Under the pieces are notes generated by a model. It was not told where the DNA came from. It saw only the letters and a list, made by a program, of their open reading frames with translations, and ran no database searches. Below are positions 16,737 to 25,762 of a DNA stretch of 64,000 bases, one piece after another. The stretch is from assembly GCA_035548315.1 (NCBI GenBank), contig DASZTF010000044.1, positions 31,484-95,483 on the forward strand, written 5' to 3'. Numbering within the stretch: the stretch's first letter is position 1; each line of letters opens with the position of its first letter. The position numbers and the translations under genes are program-made. Source of the DNA: Minisyncoccota bacterium. Its GTDB lineage: Bacteria; Patescibacteriota; Minisyncoccia; Phycocordibacterales; Phycocordibacteraceae.

Positions 16737-17651
16737 ATGGCCAACAGACATCTCGCGCGATCGGTCGTACTCCAAACACTCTTCGAGTGGGATACGACGC
16801 TTGCCGCGCCGGAAGATGCCGGAGCCATGCTCGCACGTAACGTAGAAGAATTCGGTGGCGACTCCACCGACCGACCGTTCATGGATCAACTCCTCTCGGG
16901 CGTCCTTGCGAAAAAGGACGACGTCGACCTTATCATCACCAAAGCGGCTCCCGATTGGCCGCTCGATAAAATCGCGCCGGTTGATCGCAATATTCTACGC
17001 ATCGGCCTTTACGAACTCCTCTTCGCTGATCGCGCACAGGTGCCAGCGAAGGTCGCCATCAACGAAGCCATCGAACTCGCGAAGACCTTCGGCGGGGAAT
17101 CTTCAGGCCGTTTCGTGAACGGTGTCTTGGGTGCGGTCTATAAAGAGATCGGCGAGCCCGGGAAGGACGAGACCGGCAAGAAGAAGCAGCTGCGCCGCGA
17201 AGACCTCCCGGTCGAGCAGCTCGGCGGCGCGGTCGTGTACGCGTACCACGAGGGCCAGTACTACCTCGCACTCGTCCACGACGTGTTCGGTCACTGGACG
17301 CTCTCGAAGGGCGGGCTCGAGGAGGGTGAAGATGCGCCCACAGCGACCGTGCGCGAGATGAAGGACGAGCTCGGACTCGACGTCACTATCATCGAGAAGG
17401 TCGGCGAGAATGAATACGTGGCGAGCCACCCGGAGAAGGGTAAGTACCGCAAGCACGTGACGTACTTTCTCGCCGAATCCGCGTACACTGAAATCAAGCT
17501 TAAGCAGACCGGTGGGCTCGATGACGCGCGCTGGTTCAAGCTGCCCGACATCCTCGACCTCAATTTCTACGAAGACATGCTTCCGATCGTGACAGCCGCG
17601 GTGCAGACGCTCCTCGACCGCGCCCGCGCGAAGCAGCCGCAGCACGCGTGA
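16737..17651 (+). CDS. nusB: Transcription antitermination factor NusB fused to a C-terminal Nudix hydrolase
   Basis: RHLARSVVLQTLFEWD, W...IAPVDRNILR, VAINEAIELAK.FG...S.RFVNGVLG; then HWTLSKGGLEEGEDAPTATVREMKDELGL (Nudix box). Confidence 0.92.
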   Translation: MANRHLARSVVLQTLFEWDTTLAAPEDAGAMLARNVEEFGGDSTDRPFMDQLLSGVLAKKDDVDLIITKAAPDWPLDKIAPVDRNILRIGLYELLFADRAQVPAKVAINEAIELAKTFGGESSGRFVNGVLGAVYKEIGEPGKDETGKKKQLRREDLPVEQLGGAVVYAYHEGQYYLALVHDVFGHWTLSKGGLEEGEDAPTATVREMKDELGLDVTIIEKVGENEYVASHPEKGKYRKHVTYFLAESAYTEIKLKQTGGLDDARWFKLPDILDLNFYEDMLPIVTAAVQTLLDRARAKQPQHA

Positions 17652-17682
17652 TTTTTACCCAAATTCACGTATAGTGAGCGCG

Positions 17683-18369
17683 ATGAATCCCGAAGACGCA
17701 GCACGCAAACTTGGACTCAATTTTCTCGACCTCGACCTGTTCGTCGAGGCGCTGACCCATCGCTCGTACCTCAATGAGCACCGCGACCACGCAGGGAAGC
17801 ACAACGAGCGCCTCGAGTTCCTTGGCGACGCAGTTCTCGAGCTTGCGGCCACGCGTTTCCTATATGACAAATTCCCGACCAAGCCCGAGGGCGATCTCAC
17901 GGCATACCGCGCGGCCCTGGTGAATACAGTATCGCTCGCGGGCGTGGCGAACACGCTTGGCATAAGCGAGATGCTGCTGCTGTCGAAGGGCGAAGCACGC
18001 GACACGGGTCGCGCGCGCGACGTAATCCTCGCGAATGCGTTTGAAGCTATCACCGGCGCGATTTATCTCGACCAGGGATACGACGCCGCGGCGCTGTTCC
18101 TCGCGCAGAACTTGTTCCCGAAGATCGACGAAGTGATTCAGAAGCGCGCGTGGCAAGACGCTAAGAGCCGCTTCCAGGAAGTCGCGCAAGAAAAGAAGGG
18201 TGTGACGCCCGCGTACAAAACGATTTCAGAAGTCGGGCCGGATCACGACAAGCAATTCACGGTCGCGGTGTACCTCGGCGCAGACGAGATAGCGCAGGGA
18301 GAAGGGAAGAGCAAGCAAGACGCCGAGCAGTCGGCGGCATCGGCTGCGCTCGACAAGACGGGTTGGTAG
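17683..18369 (+). CDS. rnc: Ribonuclease III
   Basis: ALTHRS, NERLEFLGDAVL, ANAFEA..GAIYLD, dsRBD with GPDHDKQF and GKSKQDAEQ. Confidence 0.98.
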   Translation: MNPEDAARKLGLNFLDLDLFVEALTHRSYLNEHRDHAGKHNERLEFLGDAVLELAATRFLYDKFPTKPEGDLTAYRAALVNTVSLAGVANTLGISEMLLLSKGEARDTGRARDVILANAFEAITGAIYLDQGYDAAALFLAQNLFPKIDEVIQKRAWQDAKSRFQEVAQEKKGVTPAYKTISEVGPDHDKQFTVAVYLGADEIAQGEGKSKQDAEQSAASAALDKTGW

Positions 18370-18376
18370 GAGCGGC

Positions 18377-18597
18377 AAAGGGGGAGGCCAGCGGACCGCT
18401 CGTGTCCTCTGACCTCCCCAGGAGAGCGTTGATCTGCATATCGCTATTCCTGGTTAACTGCTACGTAATGGTTAACTGCTACGTAATCTGATAACTCGTA
18501 CAGCGTGATCTACGTTTCAGGATCGCCAGGCTCCGCGATTAGCCTGGAGCGGTCACTCTACCAACTCCACGGTGAACGCTCCATGAATGCTTCACCT
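18377..18597 (-). ncRNA. Candidate multi-hairpin RNA between rnc and smc, orientation inferred
   Basis: Five consecutive stem-loops with no convincing ORF; the last stem on the minus strand is followed by TTT; AT-rich divergent promoter region at about 18605-18617. Confidence 0.45.
18451..18486. repeat. Perfect 18-bp tandem direct repeat, two copies
   Basis: tggttaactgctacgtaa at 18451-18468 and 18469-18486. Confidence 0.95.
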
Positions 18598-18624
18598 GCG
18601 CAGAATCGTATATACTAGAGGGGA

Positions 18625-20829
18625 ATGCTTAAACGGCTTGAAATAGCTGGCTTCAAATCCTTTGCGCGCAAGACCGTGCTCGATTTCTCGTCGTCGGTCA
18701 CGGCGATCGTGGGGCCAAACGGCTCGGGTAAAAGCAACGTCGCGGAAGCGTTCCGCTTCGCGCTCGGCGAGCAATCGATGAAGTCGATGCGCGGGAAGCG
18801 CAGCGAGGACCTTATATTCTCGGGCTCCCATTCGGCGAGCCGTGCTAATCGTGCATCAGTCGCGGTCACCTTTGATAATGCCAAGAAGCCCTTCAAGGTC
18901 GATTTCGATGAAGTCACGCTCGAGCGCGCGGTATTCCGCGACGGCGCGTCGGAGTACTCGGTAAATGGTTCCAAGGTCCGCTTGCGCGACACGCAGGAGA
19001 TTCTCGCGAGCGCGAACATCGGTGAGACCGGGCACCACATCATTTCCCAGGGCGAGGCGGATCGCATCCTGCTTGCGAATACCAAGGAGCGCCGCGCGAT
19101 GCTCGAAGACGCACTCGGACTGACCGCGTTTGAATTCAAGAAGGAGGAGAGTAAGCGCAAACTCGAGAAGACCGAGGAGAACATGAAACAGGTGGAGGCG
19201 CTGCGCCGCGAACTCACACCGCACCTTAAATTCCTCACCACGCAGGTGGAGAAACTGGAGCGTGCCGACGAACTGCGTCGGCAGCTTGCGGAGCAGTCAG
19301 CTATTTATTTCGCGACGGAGGAACATTATTTGAGTACGGAGAAAGAAAAAGCGGCGCACGCACGCGCCGTGGCGAGCGAGAAGCTGGCCGCCCTTACCGC
19401 GGAACTGAATCGCTTGGACGATACTACGGCCGACAGCGCGGGCATGAAGAAGGCGCAGGCGGTGCGCGACGCCGAGCGCGACCTCGACCGCTTGGTCGCG
19501 GAGAAGGCTGCGCTTGCGCGCGACATCGGTAAGGCCGAGGGTGCGCTCGAAGCAGCCAAGCAGCGCAGCGCCGCAGCCGCACGCGATCCCTATGTGAAGG
19601 TCTCGCGCGATGAATTCACCATGCTGCGGGATGAGATCGAGAAGCAGGTGGAGCACGCGGGAGAAGTGCCCGACTCGCTCAAGGCAGCACTCCAGGCCAT
19701 CCGGGGGGCCATCCGCGCGTTCTTCGAGCGGTTCGCACTGCCCAAGGACGCGTACCTCGCTGATGAGGAGCAGGCAGTATACAAGCTCGAAGAAGAGCAT
19801 CAAAAACTTGCGGCCAAGGATGCTGCGCTCGCCGAGATCGTCGAGCGCATGCGGCACGAACTCAGTCGCGCGCGCGAAGACGCGCGCGCTCATGAAGAAG
19901 CGGGCCGCGAAGGCAAGAAGGAATTAGTGAAGCTCGCGGACGAGCGCGCGCAAGCCACGGCAGAAGTCGCGCATCAGGGCGACCGCGAGCGAGAACTCGT
20001 CATCCTCACCGGCGAACTTGAGCAGGCACGAGCAGAGGTCGCGGCGCTCATCGGCTCGCTGATGCTCAGCACCGAAGGAAAGCCAGTCATGGGAGAAGAG
20101 CGTGCCGCGCAAGAGGGCAGGAAGCGCGCGATCGAGCGCCTCAAGATCCGTCTTGAAGAATCGGGCGGTACGGGAGAAGAAGTCCGCACGGAATATAAGG
20201 AGGCGACGGAACGTGAAGCATTCCTCGGACGCGAGCTTACCGACCTCGCGCAGTCAGCAGAGGGCCTGCGCACGCTCATCAAGGACCTCGACGACGAGCT
20301 CGCTAAGAACTTTGCAGAAGGGTTGAAGAAGGTGAACGACTCGTTCACAGAATTTTTCGCGCTTATGTTTGGCGGCGGTAGCGCCAAGCTGACCCTTGAA
20401 GAATTTGATGCTGATGAAGAGGAAGATGATCTCGCAGATGACTACGAGCCACGCAAGAAGGATAAAGATGCAAAGCCGGGTATTGAAATTTCAGTAAATC
20501 TTCCCAAGAAGAAAGTGCAGTCCCTCATGCAGCTCTCGGGCGGCGAACGCGCGCTCACCTCGATCGCGCTCATCTTTGCGATGAGCCAGGTAAATCCGCC
20601 CCCGTTCCTCATCCTCGACGAGACCGATGCCGCGCTCGACGAAGCCAACAGCCGCCGCTACGGCGACATGATCGAGAACCTCGCGAAGAAGTCGCAGCTC
20701 ATTGTGATCACCCACAATCGCGAGACCATGAGCCGCGCGGGCATCCTCTACGGCGTCACCATGGGCGCTGACGGCGTCAGTAAGCTCCTCTCGGTAAAGT
20801 TCGACGAAGCCGTCGCCGTCGCGAAATAG
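18625..20829 (+). CDS. smc: SMC-family chromosome segregation ATPase, shortened (734 aa, no recognisable hinge)
   Basis: GFKSFA, GPNGSGKSN, IISQG, coiled coils, LSGGER, ILDETDAALDEAN, ITHNR; canonical rnc-smc gene order. Confidence 0.9.
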   Translation: MLKRLEIAGFKSFARKTVLDFSSSVTAIVGPNGSGKSNVAEAFRFALGEQSMKSMRGKRSEDLIFSGSHSASRANRASVAVTFDNAKKPFKVDFDEVTLERAVFRDGASEYSVNGSKVRLRDTQEILASANIGETGHHIISQGEADRILLANTKERRAMLEDALGLTAFEFKKEESKRKLEKTEENMKQVEALRRELTPHLKFLTTQVEKLERADELRRQLAEQSAIYFATEEHYLSTEKEKAAHARAVASEKLAALTAELNRLDDTTADSAGMKKAQAVRDAERDLDRLVAEKAALARDIGKAEGALEAAKQRSAAAARDPYVKVSRDEFTMLRDEIEKQVEHAGEVPDSLKAALQAIRGAIRAFFERFALPKDAYLADEEQAVYKLEEEHQKLAAKDAALAEIVERMRHELSRAREDARAHEEAGREGKKELVKLADERAQATAEVAHQGDRERELVILTGELEQARAEVAALIGSLMLSTEGKPVMGEERAAQEGRKRAIERLKIRLEESGGTGEEVRTEYKEATEREAFLGRELTDLAQSAEGLRTLIKDLDDELAKNFAEGLKKVNDSFTEFFALMFGGGSAKLTLEEFDADEEEDDLADDYEPRKKDKDAKPGIEISVNLPKKKVQSLMQLSGGERALTSIALIFAMSQVNPPPFLILDETDAALDEANSRRYGDMIENLAKKSQLIVITHNRETMSRAGILYGVTMGADGVSKLLSVKFDEAVAVAK

Positions 20830-20891
20830 GGAATTGACAAACAACATATAGGTGCTATTATTATTCCAGTAACCGCATCTGGAGAAAAACG

Positions 20892-21206
20892 ATGCACCGC
20901 ACCCTGATTGCATTTTCCGTCGCAGCTGCTCTGGCAAGCGCCAGCTCGGCACTGGCCAGTGAGAGAGTCTATGCTGCTCCTGGGCTGGCCATAATAGACG
21001 AATGGTATGTCCTCGCGTGTCACCCGAGAGAGAGACAACTGACTGTTGCCAAGCGCGAAGCGACGTCCGGCTTCCAAAAGAGTTGGAGCGCCGTACTGCC
21101 GATGCATATTGGCGACAAGTTGGCGCTCAACGCGGAGAACTCCCCGCTGCCGCAGGCAACGCTCGTCAACATCAATGGTTGCACTGGGCAGTTCGAAATC
21201 AACTGA
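20892..21206 (+). CDS. Small secreted hypothetical protein
   Basis: Signal peptide (..ALASASSALA), two Cys; upstream TTGACA promoter and GGAGA SD; downstream hairpin + T run at about 21225-21256. Confidence 0.7.
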   Translation: MHRTLIAFSVAAALASASSALASERVYAAPGLAIIDEWYVLACHPRERQLTVAKREATSGFQKSWSAVLPMHIGDKLALNAENSPLPQATLVNINGCTGQFEIN

Positions 21207-21328
21207 GCTGTCGATTCTTCACCCCGCCTGGTTCACCCCGGGCGGGCATTCTTTTAGTCAGTGGGTTGTGGATTGGGCACCGGTACCCTGTGTTAGCCTA
21301 CAGGTGTCTGCGACTGTTTTTGGGCGAG

Positions 21329-21549
21329 CAGACAGCCCTTTACACGTGACGGGAGACAGCAATGAGAATACTCATTTTCCGCCTTTCGGAAGCAGGTGAC
21401 GGAGGCACGACCTTCTAGAGATTCACCCCTCTACGTCGTGCAGATCCCCAACCTCTCTTCTGAAAGGCGGTGATCCAGAATCTCATGCGGTGGGGTCTCT
21501 CGCTGCATGTCTTCCGGAAAGGGTCTGACGCAAGTCGGACCCTTTCTTT
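21329..21549 (+). ncRNA. ssrS: 6S RNA-like rod-shaped RNA with central bubble, followed by terminator
   Basis: Nested pairings cgggagac/gtctctcg, atgaga/tctcat, [bubble atactcatttt / tgatccagaa], ccgcctttcggaag/cttctgaaaggcgg, gcacgac/gtcgtgc, tagag/ctcta; terminator gggtctgac-gcaa-gtcggaccc-tttcttt. Confidence 0.6.
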
Positions 21550-21592
21550 ATCCCCATGGACGCGTGGCGGGTGAGGAGTATGCTGACTCCAC

Positions 21593-22807
21593 ATGGCCGC
21601 ATTTGAATATTTCAAGCACAACGTCGATAAAGCAGCGACACTTCTTGGACTCGGAGAAGAAGACAGGAAAAAGCTTGAAACTCCGGATCATATTTTGCGC
21701 GCGGATCTCACTATTAATTTGGCGAGCGGTGGAAGCGCGACCTTTCCGGCCTACCGCGTGCAGTTTAATAACGCACGTGGGCCCTACAAAGGCGGCATCC
21801 GATTCCATCCGAACGCCGATCAGGATGAAGTCGAGGCGCTCGCCGCGATGATGGCTATTAAATGTGCGGTGGTCGGGATTCCGCTTGGTGGTGGGAAGGG
21901 CGGTGTTGCAGTCGACCCCAAAAAACTCACGAAAGAAGATTTGCATGAACTCGCGCGCGCCTATGTGCGCGCGTTCGCCGATAACCTCGGTCCTGATGTC
22001 GATGTGCCCGCACCGGACGTGTACACCAACCCTGACATCATGGCGGTGATGCTTGATGAGTACGAGAAAATCGTGGGTCACCCGGCGCCGGCGATGATTA
22101 CTGGCAAACCAATTGAGAAGGGCGGGAGCCTTGGCCGCGACACGGCCACAGCAGACGGCGCCGTGATGGTGCTCGAAGCGCTGCTAGGGGATCAGCATCG
22201 CGATGTGTCAAAACTTTCGGCAGCAATTCAGGGCGCGGGGAACGCCGGCGCGCGTGCGGCAGAACTTCTTTTTGACCGCGGTGCAAAAGTCGTCGCACTC
22301 GCAGACTCTTCCGGAACACTTTTTGATGCGAATGGCCTCGATATTCCGGCGGCACTCAAAGCAAAAGCAGAAAAAGGTGAGTTAAGTGCATTCGGTACTG
22401 TAACGGCGCCCGATGCCGTGATCACCACGCAAACAGATATTTTGATTCCCGCTGCGCTCGAAGAGCAAGTGAATGCAAACAATGCGGCAGAGGTGAAAGC
22501 AGACATTATTTTGGAAGTTGCTAACGGCCCCGTGACTCCGGAAGCAGACGACGTGCTAAGTAAGCGCGGCGTCGCTATTGTGCCCGACGTACTCGCGAAT
22601 GCCGGCGGTGTGACGGTCTCCTATTTCGAATGGTTGCAGAACAAAGCAGGGGAGAAGTGGACGAAGGAACAAGTCGAAGACCGTCTCAAAGAAACGATGG
22701 TAGACGCCTACCGCGACGTCGCCGACTTCGCTATGACGCGCAACGTCACCATGCGCGAAGCCGCCTACGCGCTCGCGCTTTCGCGCATTCTCGAAGCTAA
22801 GCAGTAG
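21593..22807 (+). CDS. gdhA: Glu/Leu/Phe/Val dehydrogenase (probable glutamate dehydrogenase)
   Basis: RGPYKGGIRFHP, GGGKGG, DVPAPDV, ITGKP...GGS.GR..AT, QGAGNAG, PDVLANAGGVTVSYFEW. Confidence 0.93.
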   Translation: MAAFEYFKHNVDKAATLLGLGEEDRKKLETPDHILRADLTINLASGGSATFPAYRVQFNNARGPYKGGIRFHPNADQDEVEALAAMMAIKCAVVGIPLGGGKGGVAVDPKKLTKEDLHELARAYVRAFADNLGPDVDVPAPDVYTNPDIMAVMLDEYEKIVGHPAPAMITGKPIEKGGSLGRDTATADGAVMVLEALLGDQHRDVSKLSAAIQGAGNAGARAAELLFDRGAKVVALADSSGTLFDANGLDIPAALKAKAEKGELSAFGTVTAPDAVITTQTDILIPAALEEQVNANNAAEVKADIILEVANGPVTPEADDVLSKRGVAIVPDVLANAGGVTVSYFEWLQNKAGEKWTKEQVEDRLKETMVDAYRDVADFAMTRNVTMREAAYALALSRILEAKQ

Positions 22808-24767
22808 CAGCCGGAGCGAGTGCGAAGTCGAGTTCGCGCTCAAACGGGCGCGCCGCCATGAGTTTGACGCGGATCGGGTCGCCGAGGCGGTAGGCGGTGT
22901 GCGTGCGCTCGCCGACCACGCGATAGTGCGGCTCGTCGAATATGAAGTAGTCATCACCGAGGTCGCGGATGCGGATCATGCCTTCTGCATGGGTCTCGTT
23001 GAGCTCTACATAGATGCCGCGGTCAGATACGCCGCTGATCACAGCGTCGAATTCCTGGCCGATCTTGTCCGCCATGAATTCCACGACCTTGAGCTTCACC
23101 GAATCGCGCTCGGCCTCTGCGGCGGATACTTCACGCTCGCTCGAGTGCACGGCGAGATTCTTGAACTCCGCCATCTCCGCCGCGCTCACGACACGCTCGT
23201 GCTCAAAGTGCTTCAGCATACGATGGATCAAAAGGTCAGGGTAGCGGCGGATCGGGGAGGTGAAGTGCGTGTAGTACTCGAACGCGAGACCGAAGTGGCC
23301 AATGTTCTTGGTGTCGTACACAGCCTTCGCCATCGAGCGCAGCGTCGCGGTCTTGATGAGGTATTCCTCCGGCGTACCTTTTACCTTTTCCAAGAGGCGA
23401 TTCAACTCCGTACCTTTTACTTTTCCTGCATGGGTCTGGAGGTCGTATCCCATAACCTTCAAGAACTGCGTAAGGTTCTCGATGCGGTCGGCGTCCGGCG
23501 TGTCGTGCACGCGAAATATTACGCTGTCGTGAAGCTTCGATTGCTTCGCTGCTTTTGCAAGGTGTTCAGCGACCGCTTCATTCGCGAGCAGCATGAAGTC
23601 CTCGATGAGCATATTGGTCTCCTGGCGCTGTTTCAGGTGGATGGCGACTGGCTTACCCGTCGCATCGATCTCCACCTTTATTTCAGCGGTATCAAATTCG
23701 ATCGCGCCCTTTGCGATACGCTTTGCGCGGATCTTGCGCGCGAGCCCAGCGATAGTCTTGAGTTCTTCTACCATCGGCCCGCTACCGGTATCGAGCACGC
23801 CCTGTGCTTCTTCATAGGTAAACCGCTTGGCCGAGTGGATCACCGTTTCGCCGAACCACTTCTCATGCACGTTCGCGTTTTCATCGAGCACAAAGACTGC
23901 AGACATCGAGAGTCGATCGACATCGGGGTTGAGGGAACAGAGGTCATTGCTGAGCACGTGGGGGAGCATCGGGATCGTGCGATCCACCAGGTACACCGAT
24001 GTCGCGCGGTTACGCGCTTCCGTATCAATCGCGGTGCCCGGCGTCACAAAGTACGAGACGTCGGCGATGTGTACGCCGACCTCGATCATGCCGTTCTCAA
24101 GCTTGCGCACCGAGAGCGCATCGTCAAAGTCTTTTGCATCTGCTGGATCAATGGTGAAGGTCGGAATATTCCTGAAATCCTTGCGACCGGGCGTACCCGC
24201 TTCGATCATCGCCTTGCCCGATTCTTCAAGGCGCTTCGCTTCTGCCACGACCCCGGGAGGGAAGTCAGAACGGAATCCCTGTGCGAGCGCGAGCGCGCGC
24301 ATCTCTACTTCGTGCTCGCCAGCCGGGCCGATATCCTCGATAGCTTCGCCGCGCGGGATCTCTTCACCCTCGTTCCAGCCGATCATCTTCACGACGACTT
24401 TATGTTCGAGCGGGAAGGGCGCTTCCGTGCCCACCGGTGCCACCATAAGCGGCACGTACATCCGTTTGTTATCAGGGATGAGGATGGTATTACCGCGCTC
24501 GGTCTTCACGAGGGTGCCCACGAAGTGCTCGCTCGCGCGCTTCACGATCTCCACCACTTTCCCGGCTTTGCGGCGGTCCACGGTACCTGCGGTCTCCACC
24601 TTCACCACGTCGCGTGGGAGGGCCGTATTGAGCCATTCACGGGGGATATAGAGGTCGCTCTCCTTATCGGGCCGGGCCTTGGGGTTCTTGGGATCGGGGA
24701 TGCTGAAAAAGCCCTTACCGGTACGGGTAATGGTAATCGGGCCCTCATATACTTGATTTGCAGCCAT
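22797..24767 (-). CDS. rnr: Ribonuclease R (RNB family)
   Basis: TIDPADAKDFDDA, VHIADVS, SVYL, LIEDFMLLAN, HFGLA...YTHFTSPIRRYPDL, C-terminal S1 domain. Confidence 0.96.
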   Translation of the reverse strand: MAANQVYEGPITITRTGKGFFSIPDPKNPKARPDKESDLYIPREWLNTALPRDVVKVETAGTVDRRKAGKVVEIVKRASEHFVGTLVKTERGNTILIPDNKRMYVPLMVAPVGTEAPFPLEHKVVVKMIGWNEGEEIPRGEAIEDIGPAGEHEVEMRALALAQGFRSDFPPGVVAEAKRLEESGKAMIEAGTPGRKDFRNIPTFTIDPADAKDFDDALSVRKLENGMIEVGVHIADVSYFVTPGTAIDTEARNRATSVYLVDRTIPMLPHVLSNDLCSLNPDVDRLSMSAVFVLDENANVHEKWFGETVIHSAKRFTYEEAQGVLDTGSGPMVEELKTIAGLARKIRAKRIAKGAIEFDTAEIKVEIDATGKPVAIHLKQRQETNMLIEDFMLLANEAVAEHLAKAAKQSKLHDSVIFRVHDTPDADRIENLTQFLKVMGYDLQTHAGKVKGTELNRLLEKVKGTPEEYLIKTATLRSMAKAVYDTKNIGHFGLAFEYYTHFTSPIRRYPDLLIHRMLKHFEHERVVSAAEMAEFKNLAVHSSEREVSAAEAERDSVKLKVVEFMADKIGQEFDAVISGVSDRGIYVELNETHAEGMIRIRDLGDDYFIFDEPHYRVVGERTHTAYRLGDPIRVKLMAARPFERELDFALAPAATA

Positions 24768-24844
24768 TTACCTCACTCTAGCAGACGTTTCCTCATTTGG
24801 GGCCTATTTGACCGCCTAGTACCTATTTGCTATAGTCCCGAGAC

Positions 24845-25345
24845 ATGTTGATGATCCGAATGCAGCGCATTGGCCGCACGAACGACCCGGCTTTTCGTAT
24901 TCTCGTCCTCGAAAAGACGAGCTCGCCTAAGGCCGGTACCTACACCGATCAGCTCGGTACCTATAACCCGAAGACCAAGGCCCTCACGATCGCGGAGGAC
25001 CGCCTCAAGGACTGGATGAGCAAGGGCGCGCAGCTCTCGCCGAGCCTCAAGAACCTCCTCATCGAGAAGAAGGTGCTCGAGGGTGCAAAGGTCCAGGTGA
25101 TCTCGAAGAAGAATCTCGAGAAGAACGTCGCGAAGCGCGCTGAAGAGGCTGCAGCTGCTAAGGCCAAAGAGGAAGAGGCAGTTGCTGCCGCGAAGGCCGC
25201 TGAAGAAGCAGCAAAGACAGAGGCTGAAGCAGCCGCAGCAGCTCCGGCAGAGGAGCCAGCCCCTGAAGCACCTGCTGAAGCGGCTCCCGCTCCTGAACCC
25301 GAGGCAGCGCCAGAAGCTGCACCGACTGAGGAAGTCGCAGCGTAA
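24845..25345 (+). CDS. rpsP: 30S ribosomal protein bS16 with Ala/Glu/Pro-rich C-terminal tail
   Basis: IRMQRIGR...P.FRI, LGTYNP, W...GAQ.S. Confidence 0.95.
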   Translation: MLMIRMQRIGRTNDPAFRILVLEKTSSPKAGTYTDQLGTYNPKTKALTIAEDRLKDWMSKGAQLSPSLKNLLIEKKVLEGAKVQVISKKNLEKNVAKRAEEAAAAKAKEEEAVAAAKAAEEAAKTEAEAAAAAPAEEPAPEAPAEAAPAPEPEAAPEAAPTEEVAA

Positions 25346-25426
25346 GCAAAGCAGAAAGGCCCTGAAAAGGGCCAATATGCTATACTGTACGTCGCTCGAA
25401 AGGTTACCCGCTAAGCATATCCCTCT

Positions 25427-25732
25427 ATGGAACAAGACTACGCATTCCTCGATTTTGTCGTCAAAGCCCTCGTGGATAATCCCGATGCTGTCGTCATTAC
25501 CCGTACCGTCGATGAGATGGGCGTGCTCCTCACGCTCACTGTGCACGCCGACGACATGGGCAAGATCATCGGTAAGGACGGCAATACGGCGAAGTCGTTG
25601 CGCACCCTCCTGCGCGTGGTCGGTATGAAGCACAACGCGCGCGTGAACCTCAAGATCAACGAGCCGCAGGGCGGCAAGCGCGACGTTTCTGGTAAAACCG
25701 TCGACCAAGTGGTTGACGAGGTGGGGATATAG
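25427..25732 (+). CDS. khpA: KH-domain RNA-binding protein (KhpA/YlqC)
   Basis: ALVDNPD.V, DMGKIIGKDG.TA..LR; directly after rpsP. Confidence 0.92.
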   Translation: MEQDYAFLDFVVKALVDNPDAVVITRTVDEMGVLLTLTVHADDMGKIIGKDGNTAKSLRTLLRVVGMKHNARVNLKINEPQGGKRDVSGKTVDQVVDEVGI

Positions 25733-25762
25733 CCCCTTGGCGTACGGTGCTACACTATCCCC

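Noticed and set aside
18451-18486. Tandem 18-mer as a mini CRISPR array or tmRNA tag region
   Set aside because: No spacer between copies; no tRNA-like ends or Ala-ending tag frame; no RNase P GAGGAAAGUCC motif either
21495-21542. Minus-strand GTCAG...CCGGAAG...GCAGC resembling SRP RNA domain IV
   Set aside because: Pairing around the GGAA loop does not fit, and the sequence is better explained as the plus-strand rod end and terminator
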